From: Balanoglossus misakiensis
Lineage: Eukaryota > Animalia > Hemichordata
NCBI GenBank assembly: GCA_040954595.2
Contig: CM082577.2
Coordinates: 10,317,846 to 10,381,845, forward strand
Reading direction: 5' to 3'
DNA length: 64,000 nucleotides
How positions within the stretch are numbered: the stretch's first letter is position 1; the number at the start of each line of letters is the position of its first letter. Below are positions 13,771 to 27,200 of this stretch, in pieces. Made by a program: the position numbers and the translations under genes. The notes beneath the pieces were generated by a model. That model ran no database searches. It saw only the letters and a list, made by a program, of their open reading frames with translations, and had not been told where the DNA came from.

Positions 13771-14889
13771 GCTCCTTACATAAAAGCAATTTGCATTTCA
13801 ATCTCATAACACTGAAACAAAAATTCGACATAAATCTGAATTGTATAGGTTACCTTTAAAAGATTTTATGAGAAATATTCATCAGATTTTTCATATATAT
13901 TTATTTGGTTAAGCTATTATACATATGTACTTGTCAGAATAGCGTCATTAGCACCTTTCATTTGAGTAATTTTGTGCTGAAAATGCCACACACTCATCAT
14001 CACGTTTAGTAAACACTGGGGCATGCACGAAATCTCCGATCAGCTGCAACGAGTGGATGTCGCGTGTTCCCTGTCCTCGGCCAAGGACATATATAACTGT
14101 AAGTGTACTTATCACACTTCGCACATGCAAATTACAATGCCAAATTTGGGTTGATGTCCCACAATCATTGGTTCCTGTTAAAATGTGCAGGTGTTACCCT
14201 GCAGCCTGCGTATGACTGCGTTGTATGATTGATGGCGCTGTATGGAAATGTGTAGTGAAATGTACACAGCTACCCTGTTTATCCCGTACGCTCGCTCGCG
14301 ATCGGTGTTACAATTTTGATTTTATTAAAGTGTGATTTATACTTTACTGTACTGATCGTGTTCTGTATTGTCTTTATAACCTTCTGACAGGCCTACTTTA
14401 TGCTAAACCTGTGGAGATGATCTGTTGATGAACAAATGTTTACATTTGCGCGAACTGTACTGCATGGCAGGAGAGCTCTTTTGCACGGTAGACAGTTCCA
14501 ACAATATCGTCCACTAGCATTTCACAGGTAGAGTATCCTGATATAAGGTGCCGATATTCCATGCTTTTTCGTATTTGCCTTTTCAATCCATAAACCCCAT
14601 AAATATATCTGACCAAACCCAGTCGACTCTGGAGTATCAACAGAAACTGACACACCCCCTTCAGAAGGAGGGGGGGGGGGGGGGGGTTAAGCTACCTTCT
14701 CTCAAGAACCAGGCATACACTTTACTGTTGTGTATGAATTTAGGATAATTCCCACCACTCAGAATTAAAGAGAAATTCACAAAAGAGAACATTCACAAGT
14801 TTTCCCTTTGTACTTTGAACACAATGAGATTTGATTGTTTATACACGGAAGCTGATAAGAGACTTGTTTCACAGTTATTTAGCTGCAAC

Positions 14890-14922
14890 CATAGACCCTA
14901 GACCCTTTCTCTAGGGTCTATG
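14890..14922. mobile_element. 33-bp mini foldback insertion with target-site duplication
   Basis: CATAGACCCTAG-accctttct-CTAGGGTCTATG flanked by the direct repeat CTGCAAC (14883-14889 and 14923-14929). Confidence 0.6.
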
Positions 14923-15161
14923 CTGCAACTGAAACATGAACAGTATTGAAGTACTACACAAACACTATAGTATCAAAACCGGTTATGCATGGATTGAGAA
15001 ATGGGCGATAGAAAACCGCTATCTGGTTGGCAAATTACAGGAGTTGGGCTTATTTTCATAGTTTGCTTGTTTTCATCCAATGGGAATTCAGCGCCAAGCG
15101 TGAACGAACTCATGTTTGCTCATCTGTTCATGCTCGCAGATTTCCAGTGGTCAAGAGAACC

Positions 15162-15271
15162 ATGGCAACTGGAGGCGGCAGCGAGTCCGACGCAGTCCCA
15201 CCACATGAAAACAGATTGGCGAGGGAAAAATCTCCATACCTATTACAACATGCCAGGAATCCAGTGGATTG
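15162..15271 (+). CDS. SPATA20: SPATA20 coding exon 1 (exon starts at acceptor 15140)
   Basis: ACCATGG Kozak context; [37 protein letters not shown]; donor GTACGT at 15272. Confidence 0.92.
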
Positions 15272-18200
15272 GTACGTTTGTTAGAATAAAATTAATATTA
15301 TTGATAGAATATTCTTGGATATTCTACATATGACTTTGTACACCCACACAGACACACATGGACATACACACACACATACACACTGGCATACAGAAAGACC
15401 AACATAGTTTACCAGTAATATACTGATTTTCATTAGATCACTTCATGCGACAATTTTTGATTTTCCCTGGCCAGCTTTAAGGTAGTAACAACCTTGATAC
15501 AGTTTTCGAAAAATGAGGTCGAGGAATCAGAAATGCAAACATTTTTAGCTGCTCTAGACTTTGTTAGTCTTTCTTGAATCCACAAACTGGCACTGGATGG
15601 TACGGCAATACTCGGATTAACAGATCTCCCATCAGCTGACTGCCTGGTCACATTGGTTGAATTGTCAGATTATTTACTGGAGGAGCTAGCGAGTGAGTGA
15701 CTGGCTGATTGATCAATTGATTGGTTGATCGATTGATCAGTCACATGTACCACCTGAATCTAAGATATACACTTTAAAATATACACAATGTATGTTAATA
15801 AATTCTCTTCTTAGGTTTCCGTGGGGCAAAGAAGCGTTCGAGAAGGCAAAGAAAGAAAGCAAACTCATATTTCTATCAGGTAGGGTATGATGGGCTTTGT
15901 ACAGTAGCTCAAGGTGAAAGGGCTGATTTGCAGACAGGTGATCATGAACTTTTATGGTACATGGGCACTTGTAGGGTTCACCAGACCAATTTCATCAGTC
16001 ATGTTTCACCGGCAGCTGTAGTCTTTGTGTTTGTTAATTAGATCACTATCAAATTACCCGGCTAAATCGACTGGGAGAAACTGATGGGTAATCCAGAAGG
16101 GGTCGTGGAAGTTCTCAATTAAAGCGGAACAGACAAAAATAATGCCAGGAGATTGGATAGTTGTCATCTGATAGGAAACTACTTTTTCGCCCACCACTTT
16201 ACTAGGTACATTGTACATTGTCATGGCTTCTCTTGATCAGTCTTCCTGCGCAGACAGACGAATCATGCTAATGGTCAAGGCTCGGTGGAGTTTCCATAGC
16301 AACAGACATTCATGGACCGTGTCAACACTTGCTGGAGCCTTGAGTTTTACACAGATATGATGCTTGTACTGCAGATTAAAGAATCCTCATGTCTTTTATA
16401 AGTGAACCAGGGCACATGAACACATGCCATTCATAAATCTGAAAGGATATTTGCTGCAAATCCTGTGTTTGCCTGCCTTGCGACTTAACTTCAGGGTATT
16501 ATTTGACCCTAGATTAGCCAATCAAGTGTCCTCAAAGTGACATGTCATTGTCCAAATATGTTTCCATTCTCATGTTTTTGCATTTAATTCCCTGTTCTGG
16601 ACAATTGATGACAGTCAACTCGGGAACATCGTGCAGATGTAAAATCAAAAGATTTCTCATCCCTGAAATTCCAACAAAACTTCTGTTACATTGATCATTT
16701 CCAGTAACAGACTCCTTGAACCTTAACTTTTTTCTCCTCTTGAAAGACAATATAAGATGACATGACACCAGGTAAAAATTGAAAAGAAAGCATACTGCTA
16801 TAAAATGTAATTTCTAACACTAGCTCACTATATTATTAGATCATAAATGCAATTAATTTGAGAAATTTCTCACATTTTCTTTTGCCAAGTCAGAATTACA
16901 AAAACCAAAAAAGTATTTTAGACTGACCTACCTATTTCCCGAGTGCATGACACAGAAAACACATTTTTTTTCGCTTTATAATATATCCATTATTTAAACC
17001 TTTCAACCCATTTCCCTGTAAATTGGTCTAACCCTGCTAAGGAAGGAACCCAATGGAATCAGGCTAAATTGTGGCAAAGTGAAAAGAAAGTCTATGTAAA
17101 ATATATGATGCCTTTCCAACACCTCACACCACTGTGTCAACTTTTGTCTACCGCAAAGAGAACTGTTCAGAAACCCTTGTCAACCAGTTGTCAAAAAACT
17201 CTTCCCACACAAGTTGTCAAAGCCCTGTTCTGTCCAAACCGATCCCCCCACCAAACCAATCAATCATTCTGACACCACCTGAATAGTTTGTAAGAGACCA
17301 GTTGTGACAGAATAAGTCGCTTGCACACGTGCAATGATTAGGTCGCCCTTTTTTGGATTATAAAAGTTGGCAAACATTTCTTATCAGCGACTCAAATAGT
17401 TTTGCATTCACATGTGTATAAAAGGGACGGGATCACCGCACTCGGACATTTATGCAAATTAGGTTCAAATAGGCTTCATGGTGCGATTGAAAATCAAGGA
17501 CACATTTCGCCACTTGTCCCATTTGTTGTTCCACATCAAATAAATGGAAGATCCGAGAAAATCCACACTTTTCCAGTTTTTGTACAGTCATCCTATAAGT
17601 ATAAGCGCTTCTACGGTACCGCCTGTGAGTCTTACAGCTTTGAAACCAGTGCGTAATATACTAGTAGCATGACTCCATGCTAGTAGTAAAAGCATACGGG
17701 GATGTGGCTTTGAGTTGGTCCCTTGGGACAAAGACGTTTTTAATTTATTCACGCACAGGGATGTATTTTTAGCCAGACAATGGCAAGACCTAGTTGCCTA
17801 GCAATTATCACCATGAACTTTGCTACAAGTTTCACTACCACTTCCACTGGGCGTCTCAATTTTTTCAGCAGAGCCCCAGCTGCAGTAAGTTCCGACTACC
17901 TCAAGGCTTTGCCTGTAGGTTTTGGGGCTCCTCATTTTACTGATGACCATCAGCAACAAGGCAAATTGACCGTTGACTAAGCAAGGTGCTAAACATCGCT
18001 CTTTTCAGAGGGGTAATTTTACATGCAAGCTCATTAGAAACTGCCACTTGTATCCCCTCAAACCGCGTCGGCAGAGTGCGTTTAGATCGGCGTTTAGTGC
18101 GGTGTTTCTGTTCACACGTGATTTGAATCGCTGTTTAGTGCGGCGCCCCGACCCAGGTCCCACCCCTCAACACCGTCACAAAAAAAGAGCAGCGCAGGGC

Positions 18201-21200
18201 CGCTCTCACCTTTTCACACGTGGCACTTACAAATTAACGCCGCCCTAGCGCTGCCGCTGGGGCGGCGTTGACGGCACGTGAGAAAAGGGTTATTGACTGA
18301 CAAGGTTAAAGACATCTCTTATGTAAACACTAAAAGAGATGAGTGTCTGGGAAAACAACATTAGCTTATTGACGGTTGTGTTAACTGTGAATTTAGATTA
18401 GATTAATCCTTTTTAATACAACAATTGTTACCTGTGTCAAAGCTGGAATAATACAACTGTGCAATGAGATGAATCCGGAACAGTCTGCAATTACAAAAGT
18501 GTAGACATGTCTTGGCTATGGGATCCTTTCAACAAAATCTACCCCTGGTAATGATATTCCACATAACATTGCAGAGAAAATCTAAAGAACAAAATTAAAA
18601 AAACTAAACATCTTTCAATACAGGTTTCCGTCTCAGAAACTGGTTGTTTTTGTACAGTAAAACATCAGTAACATTGAATTAATATTTCAAATAATGCAGA
18701 AAAGCAATGAAGAGGGTTAAAGTTGTATTCTGATGTTCATAATTGTTGTTTTCTTGGTCAAATCAGCCTTAACCCTTTCACCCCCAGTTCCCTCTTTAGA
18801 GGTCCAAACTTACGGTACCATAGAAAACTACCATTTTGGACTGAACCATGGTGGTGAAAGGGTTAATCCCCACCAACTTTCATTGCTGTTGTGTGGAATG
18901 ATGTATTAATCATATCCCGGAAGGTCATCACCCCTTAACCATCTGACCAGCACTGTTTCATATGATCGTCAAAAAAGAAAGATTTCTTTGCCCCAGAGAG
19001 CAGTCAGAGATTTGCACAGTCAGGAGTTTCACATTCATATCACAGCAGATTCAAACACCCCAAAAAATCCAAACATTTATGTTCTCTTTTAAACCAGTTA
19101 TCACTATATTTCATATATCTAACACACAGTGGGTTACTCGACCTGTCACTGGTGCCATGTGATGGAGAGAGAGTCGTTTGAAAGCCCTGTCATCGGGAAA
19201 ATCATGAACGACAATTTTGTGTGCATCAAAGTGGATAGGGAAGAACGACCTGACGTCGACAAAGTCTACATGTCCTTCATCCAGGTGTGTATAATATACT
19301 TGTATTCATATTTGATACATTTTTACGTTTTATTAGTATGGATATGTTAAGATTTTTTAATACAACAATTTGAAAGTACCCGTCCCAGCGTCGATTTCAA
19401 TCTATAGAATAGTATACATGTACTATAATACAGTATTTTTGCATACAGCATCAATGTTACTGGTACAGGCAAAATTTTCTAGTTATGTAACTATGGAAAT
19501 TGGGTAGCACTAACAGAAGCGAAAACATATGATAAAATGTTGTCTTCCTTATTGCTGTTGGTGACTGTAACAGTATGGACTTCATAACTTCATTTTAGAA
19601 CCGATTTTACATCTAGGTTTAAGTTAAAAAGGTAAATTTTATCACTGCTTTATTTTTGTTTGGGCAGCTTCTCGCAAGATATGTACCCTGGGTATTAAAC
19701 ACTTGTTAAACCAGGTGCTTTTGGTCTATTAGCTACTTGATTTTCATAAGGTGATTTGATTGACAGAGCTGTTATGGGGGGGGGGGGAGTGATAATCTCT
19801 TTGGAGAGACACTGGGCAAACACCTGCCATGAAATTACTTTGCCCGTCTCTGCATTAGTGGGGGTTGTTGTAGTGTTTGCAGATTGGATAGTCAGTCATT
19901 ACAGCAGTTTTCACTTTCTGAGAACAAAGCCTAAGAAGATTTGACGGAAAAGCTGCATTTTAAGAGTCAAGAGTTCACATCTCACAAACGATCACTAGGT
20001 TGCTAAGTAGGGAGGTTATGTAATGTTGACGGATAAAAAGCTGACTAGTGCCTTCAAATTTTCAGTATGGATACAAAAATTCACACTTACAATTATATGT
20101 AGTCTGGAACAGATTTTTTTGTCCAATTGTTATGTATATTGTTATAACATGATACTGCACTTTGTTATCCATTGTTCTTTGGGTATCAAATATCTGAGCT
20201 AAAAGTGGCATGACTGAATCTTCACAATGAATTGCGATTAAAAAGGCTTGGTACCATTGTAGTGCCGGTAGTCTTTTTATTTGAAGTGGAACTAGATTCT
20301 ACAATTAGAGATGTAGAGTGGAGCCCACAGCCGTCAATAAGCACTAGTCGGTAGCAACAACTTGCAAGCTCTGAAAATATTCGTTCAAAAGAAAAAATTT
20401 CGTCTCCTAGTGACCTACAGGCCCCTTTGCTATGTTTTTGTGAGGAATAGCAGAGACTTGCTTCATCGCTGCGATAATGGCAGTGTGTGTGATAAGCAGT
20501 AAAACTTCTTTCATGCTGTCTGAGTATGTGGTGGGTATTAGATGGCAAGACCCACGTCTTAGATTTGTTTGATAAGAGGATTTAGAAACGTGCCAGACTG
20601 ATGGAAGATGGTGGGAGACGTCAGTCTTTCCGGTTGGCTAGGCCGCACTGGTATCTCGGAAAAATCCTTTCTCGTGGATGCTGTGTTGAACATGCTTGTA
20701 TATAATGATACAGCCTCTAGTCAACCATGCGGTGAACTTTTCCATCGCGAGTTTCTTGTCTCCAGAACTTAATTTCAGAAACGAAGTAGGCCCTGTCAGA
20801 ATCAAGCTCCAGCTTGAATACTATAAAAGAGAAATCTAAATATTTAATATGTAACATAATGTAATATTTTTGCGTATCCAGGCTACTCAAGGCAGTGGTG
20901 GATGGCCAATGAGTGTGTGGCTGACACCGGATTTAAAGCCAGTCATTGGAGGAACGTATTTCCCACCAGCAGATCGCTTCGGTCAACCAGGGTTTCCCAC
21001 CATCTTGAAACGCATTGCAAAAATGGTAATTTTTATGTGGCATTCCTTAAACTGGCCAGAAGAATTCACAAGAGTTTTCATTTAAAAATCTTTTCCTTCT
21101 GTCCCATTCTCAGTATTTTCTTATGCATGTATCATTCACTGGCAAATGATGGGGAAACAAACTGTGTCTGTTCAATTGTGTATTGTCCTATATTCGGTAT

Positions 21201-24200
21201 CATTCAAAGAAAATCAACAAAATCTCTGAATATCACTTTTAAAAATTCAAATTTTTTGCTGCAGAGTAAATGCTCCCACAATTTATTCCAAATATAAAAC
21301 TACCTAATGTGGTGCTCTATTGTGTAAATATAATGCATGATACTGATAGTGTTTCCAATGGTTTCCAGATGTTAAGATTCTTCAGCATGTTAGGGTATGT
21401 TCTAACAGAAGATTACAGTAAAAGAGATGTAATAGCATCAAAGCAGGAAATCTTGAGATCACGTAAAATTTATTTGACAAGCACGCTAGCAATGAAACAT
21501 CACGATATGACATCTCCTGTTTCCAGTGGGAAGAAAAACGTGAACAGATGAGCAACCAAGGCACTGTGATTGTGGATGCGCTGATGCAGAACACGGCCGT
21601 CAAACAGACGGAGGACGATCTTCCAGGAGCAGAGAGCGTGAACAAATGCTTCTCTCAGCTGGAGCAGTCGTACGACATACAGTATGGCGGTTTTGGACAG
21701 GCTCCAAAATTTCCCCAACCAGGTACGTACTAAATGTTTTGCATGCTGCAGAGAAGCTAAAATGTGAAAGATTTTTAAATTTCTACATTTCTGTTACAGC
21801 ATATGTAAGTTGCTATGAAGCAGACAAAAATTTATCACATTATCATTTTACAGAATAGGAACTGTAAAAATCACTCATCAGTTACAGATCGCAGGGAAGT
21901 AATCCAAGGGGTACAGAATGCAATGGATCCTTTCAGCTGATTACAAATAACGTGTTGCATCAATAAATGCACTTTATTATTAAAAATTCATTCGCTTTTT
22001 CTCTTCTCAGTAAATTTCAATTTTCTGTTTCACCTGTATGCAAAGGAACCAAGCACAGACACTGGTAAGAAATCCCTAGAGATGGCACTGCACACACTGC
22101 AGATGATGGCCAAAGGTGGCATGTACGATCACATAGCTCAGGTAAATTTATCTAAGAAAAAAATCAGAATACATGTATATATAAACACCAAGAATAGTAG
22201 AATCTCACACATCCCAGGACATAAAATCAGATTTCTCACACGATATTTTGTCTCACACAAGCTGCAGGTAAGTTTAAGACAAAATATCGGCAATAAGTGT
22301 GAGAAATCCTACCCTGGGTTCTATGTGTATGAGATTCTTTTTCTCACACGGCCACAAATTAGCCAAATTCGCATTAGTTAGAAACATTGAATAATTGACT
22401 GCGTAACTGTCTGGTACGTTGTAATTTCTGTCCATGTAATACACATCGCTCCATTGGATAACATTTTGTGCATGTTTAATAATGAACATTTATCATCCAT
22501 TCAGCTCTCGCGTCATTTAACGCTCTCTGTGAGACTGTGGGACCGATTTATCCCACACTCTCGATCCCACACTCCCAGCGGCCAGGAGTTTGAGAATAAC
22601 AACATTCCAAGTCTGGTGAATTGTCATATATAAATGTTATTGTTTATATATGGATTTTGTCTGGGATCCAGATTTATAGCAGCTGTCAGACATTTTTATG
22701 ATGCCACACAAACAAAATACGTTGAGCTGAATAATTGATTAAACTAGGCTATTACTGGAAATATGTGCAGATACATATTTCAGAAAATTGACAGTTCCGT
22801 CCCAGCACTTTTTTATGACTAGTGGAATGATTAACGACATGTTTGGAAGGAAAGTTGTCGCCATATTTGTTTCCTGTAAAAAAAAATTGCAGTTCCATCT
22901 TTTTGTCAGCCACTTTGGAAAATTGATGCGTTGACATTAAAAAATTAGATTATATAAGGACAGAGACAGGATTGAGGAAGTCTTTGTGATAAACAACCCA
23001 GAATTTCAGGATATTAGAAAAATTAGTTATAGCGTTTGTATAACAGAAATGTCTACAAAGAAATATTCAAATATAAGAGAATTTTAAATATGGCATTTCT
23101 TGTTGCTTACTCCAGTCTTCATGCCCATCTGCCTTTGAATTTTCAAAACGCCGCGTTGACATGCATGATCACTATATTCCAAGATGCATTGTACATGTGT
23201 GGCCACGCGAAAACTCCTCACGAAAGTCAAGCGAATAAATCATTTATCCTGATTATATTAAAAATGAATAAATAAAACGGCAATTGTAAAGACAGGGAAA
23301 TTAAAGAGCATTTTGGGGCAAAACGACTGCTTTTTTAATGAATTGAAAATTACAGTCTCGAATAGTGAGAGAAAGTAATTGGCTTGTTGAAATGTTCTTT
23401 TGTTCAGCACTGAGTGTGTAGTGTTGATGGGAGCCATAATTTATATGGATGAATGGAAGATTTAGGAGAAGGGTGTTTTCCATTCAACTATTAGGCAAAC
23501 TGGGAATAATTATCCGTGATCCTGTTGATTTTTATGGAAGCAATATTTTCCGGATGGTGACTTTGCTGCACTCACTTCAATGATGGACTGCAAGAAAATT
23601 AAAGTACACAGGCAAAAGTTCTGGTTCATAAACTTTAGAATGGGAGTTTTTCAGACGAGGGAATGGGATTGAACAGACAGTGCAACATCATTCTAGATTA
23701 GCAGTCAGCTGGCTGTGAGCAAAGTATTGGTGACGTAAAGATTTAATTTGCAAATTCTTGTAAGTTAAAATCCAGTGGAAAAAAAATTTCATCTGTGCGT
23801 GGTGTATAACATTATATGTACACATTGATATTATACATGCTTGTATGCTGTGTGGAAATATCTGTCCACTAGAAATTACAGAAATTTCCATTTTTTGACG
23901 GTTCAAACCTTGGAATTGATATTCAAGTTAAACCCTAAGGTTGAATGAAGTGGTCATTATGAAGAGAGACCTTGGAAAGACTAAGTGATTCATTTGCTGT
24001 GAGACGCAGTGAAGAGCTCTTATCTAAAGATAATATCGACTGGCGATGCTAATTGAGGAGTCCTATTGCTTTATAGTAAAGAGGGTTGATTTTACTGGCA
24101 GATGTTTGATTCTTGTGAGATTTAGATGTTTCAACATTGTGATCTGTTTTTGTTGTCAACAATTTTATGGTTCTTTATTGCAAGTCAGAGGTTATTAGTT

Positions 24201-27200
24201 TTTGGAAAAATAAGAGCAAGGCGTTGTTCATTTGAATAATGTGGTGGTTGGGTTCTATGATGTAGCAAGTTGAAAGATATCATTTTAGGAAAGGTTAGAG
24301 TAGTACATTTCTGTTTTTATACACACTGCTTGGTCAGTTACAAAGGTTTGGTGAATTTGCGGAGTGCTTGTTTTTTATGCTGCAATGCCATATGAAATAT
24401 GACAGGGAGGATATACTTATAAGCTGCCTGGATTTTTGTCATTATCAATACATGTTTCACCACTTCCTGACGTTGTTAATTTTGTCGGCTCATTTTTTAT
24501 CTTTGTCATGAAATTAAAAAAACGAAATTAATGCCACTAATGAGAAGCAATTAAGTGTAGATATACCATTACATATTCACCCTCCATGATTTGTCAAAAA
24601 TGGACATCTGTCTCTGCGGTCGTAAGTGCTGTCTTCGAACACTGATTCGCATACAGCACGAGTCATTGGAGACGGTCTTCAACTCTGACAGACCGTTTTC
24701 AGAGCACTGCAAACAGTTCCATTTATACCCCTTTGCAGACATCATCGGTCATTAGGGACTGATCAGTACATCAAAATTTTTATCACTACATCCTTTCCCT
24801 TCTTATCACTGACCATCATCTGGAGTGTAGTCTCCTTCATTTCAAGTCGCCCATTCGAAACAGTCATCCCTGGTCTCCGTTTCTAGTGAGCGCGGTGACC
24901 ATCAAGTCTGTTACAGCCACATTGAAATGCAGGCGGTGTTCCCTCTGTCCGCGACTTGGCACCAAGCTGGATGATGTAGCGTTCCTCTGACGCTTTCGTG
25001 TTGACAAGAGTTAAATCATCAAGACGTGAAGGTTGTATTTAGTTCCAGGACATGATGGATATCGAAAGTGGTTGATGACAAGAGCTTTATCTGTCTGGTT
25101 GAACTGGTTGACAGTTTGCATTGATTTGCTGGTCTCATGAATGATGTGTGAAATATCTGCTATAAATCATGGGATGGTTGTGTAGCTCCACGAATCTTAA
25201 AAAACTGAAAATTATGATAAAAACAGTGATTTTTAATTTTTCATGTGATTCTTATCCTTTTTGCTAACAAATCTATTTTTGAAAACCTGCTTATCTGATT
25301 GCTTTAAATGTTTTGTTTTTTAACACAGGGCTTCCATAGATACTCCACCGACAGATACTGGCATGTGCCTCACTTCGAAAAGATGCTGTACGACCAGGGG
25401 CAGTTGGCAGTTGCCTACGCTAATGCATATCAGGTATATCTTATGTACTTTTACGAAAGACAGACTTTCAAAAGTTGATAACAAACTCTTGTCCATTTGT
25501 CAAGTTCTTATGAAATAATCCAGAATAAAGGCAAGGATCATATTTCAGGCTCACAGGTTTGTCCACTTATCTTAAATCAAGTCTTGGAATTCAAAATAGC
25601 TACCAAAGTTTTTGTTATTTTCCAGGTTGACTCAAAGACTTTGACGCTTTTTGAGATGTGTGTGTGCCTGGGTGTGTGTCCAGGTGTGTGCGTATGTTTG
25701 CATGTGAACATCCGGCCTGAAAGATGTTCTACACAAACTGACACATTGATGTAGCCGTTTTGGCAATCCAACAAAGCATTAGAAACTCCTGGAACTATAT
25801 CATTTCCTTTAAATTTCCTCAACATCCATCACTGTCAAATTTCCAGCGAGGAAGCTTCAGACAAATCCCACAGCATTCAGCGTGACATTTCATCGTTATC
25901 TTGAACACAGCTGTTCGGTTTCATCTGTAAAAAGAAACTGTTCTGCAAATGGCAAATTTGTTTTCCCTTCAGATCACAAAAGACGATAACTTTGGAGACA
26001 TAGCAAGGGACACTTTGGCGTATGTCAGTCGAGATCTGAGTGATAAGGTGAGTGGATTCCCTAGAAAGAGATTAGCAGCCAAACAAGCTGAGATATGTCA
26101 GAACAAGAGGTCACAGAAACCTGAATTATCATTTCAGTAACGGTTTGGACCATCTGCGTATACATGCATGTATATGACATAGCATCAGTTTTTGACATTT
26201 GCATACTGAGACATAATCAGCCAACAAGGCACACGATCCTGCTAGAGATACTGATTTCATGAAGATACGACTGTACATTCAGGATTAAATGTAGTTGCAC
26301 TGAGAGAGTGATGAGTTTGTCCCATTTGCACATTTTTAGGTCCTGTTTGGTATATGTACATGTATATATATATCATTGGGACCATATGGGATCGGTTGCG
26401 TCTGTATGTACATGCATGTACAAATGTATGTACGGTGTATGGATGTTTTTATATCAAACAATATTCAGTTTATATCCGGTTATTAAGCAGTATTATTTCT
26501 GCTCCTTGTTTCTGCAGAGCGGTGGTTTCTACAGTGCCGAAGACGCCGACTCCTTCCCGACGGAAGACGCGGAGGAGAGGAAAGAGGGCGCTTTCTGCGT
26601 GTGGACGGCCGCGGAAATAGAATCCCTGCTGGCAGACATCGTACCTGGCACGGAATCTCTGAAACTCTCACAGGTTTTCAACAAGCACTATGGAGTCAGT
26701 TCAGGTGGAAACGTCAGTTTTGAACATGTGAGTGTTGCTTCATTGGATTAGAGTTGTCGAATTGGCGCCTTGATCAACATATTAAAGGGAAGCGGTCGTC
26801 ACGCCATGTGGGTGTCCCCCTTGATCAAAATATGTCCTCCCAGACCAGCACCAACCCCACTGCAGTCGCCACGACCTACTAGGATCTTCAGTTGCTGTCA
26901 TGCCCAGTCTACGCTATGGTTGGCTGCTTCGTTCATTCTAAGAATTATCTAATTTCAGGGATTTGCTGATGAGTCGTAATGTTTATAAACAAGCGAATGC
27001 GGCCCGACGACCGCTTCCCTTTAAAAAGGAAAACCAATCATATCATAAATAACATACGTTGTGAGACTGCAGCCACACAGTGATCCTCTGTTTCCGCTAG
27101 GATAAAGTTTAACTTTTGAATAATAGGGAACTCCCAGATTTAATTTTGGTGTAGCTCCTATAACAAATCCATTTCCTGCAAAGAAGTGAGAGCCATGGAT

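Noticed and set aside
13665-13850. ATG at ~13665 and donor at ~13849 as a coding first exon of SPATA20
   Set aside because: The ATG frame stops after 18 codons, and the frame that would splice to exon 15140 contains a TAA. It could still be a non-coding exon, but this is unsupported.
25434-25442. Donor GTATATCTT resembling a U12-type 5' splice site
   Set aside because: It does not match GTATCCTT and no U12 branch site (TCCTTAAC) is seen; treated as a normal U2 intron.
26966-27012. Hammerhead-ribozyme-like CTGATGA-GTCG...CGAC-GA
   Set aside because: The core needs GAAA after stem II but has GACC, stems I/III are not evident, and the sister MITE copy lacks the CTGATGA.
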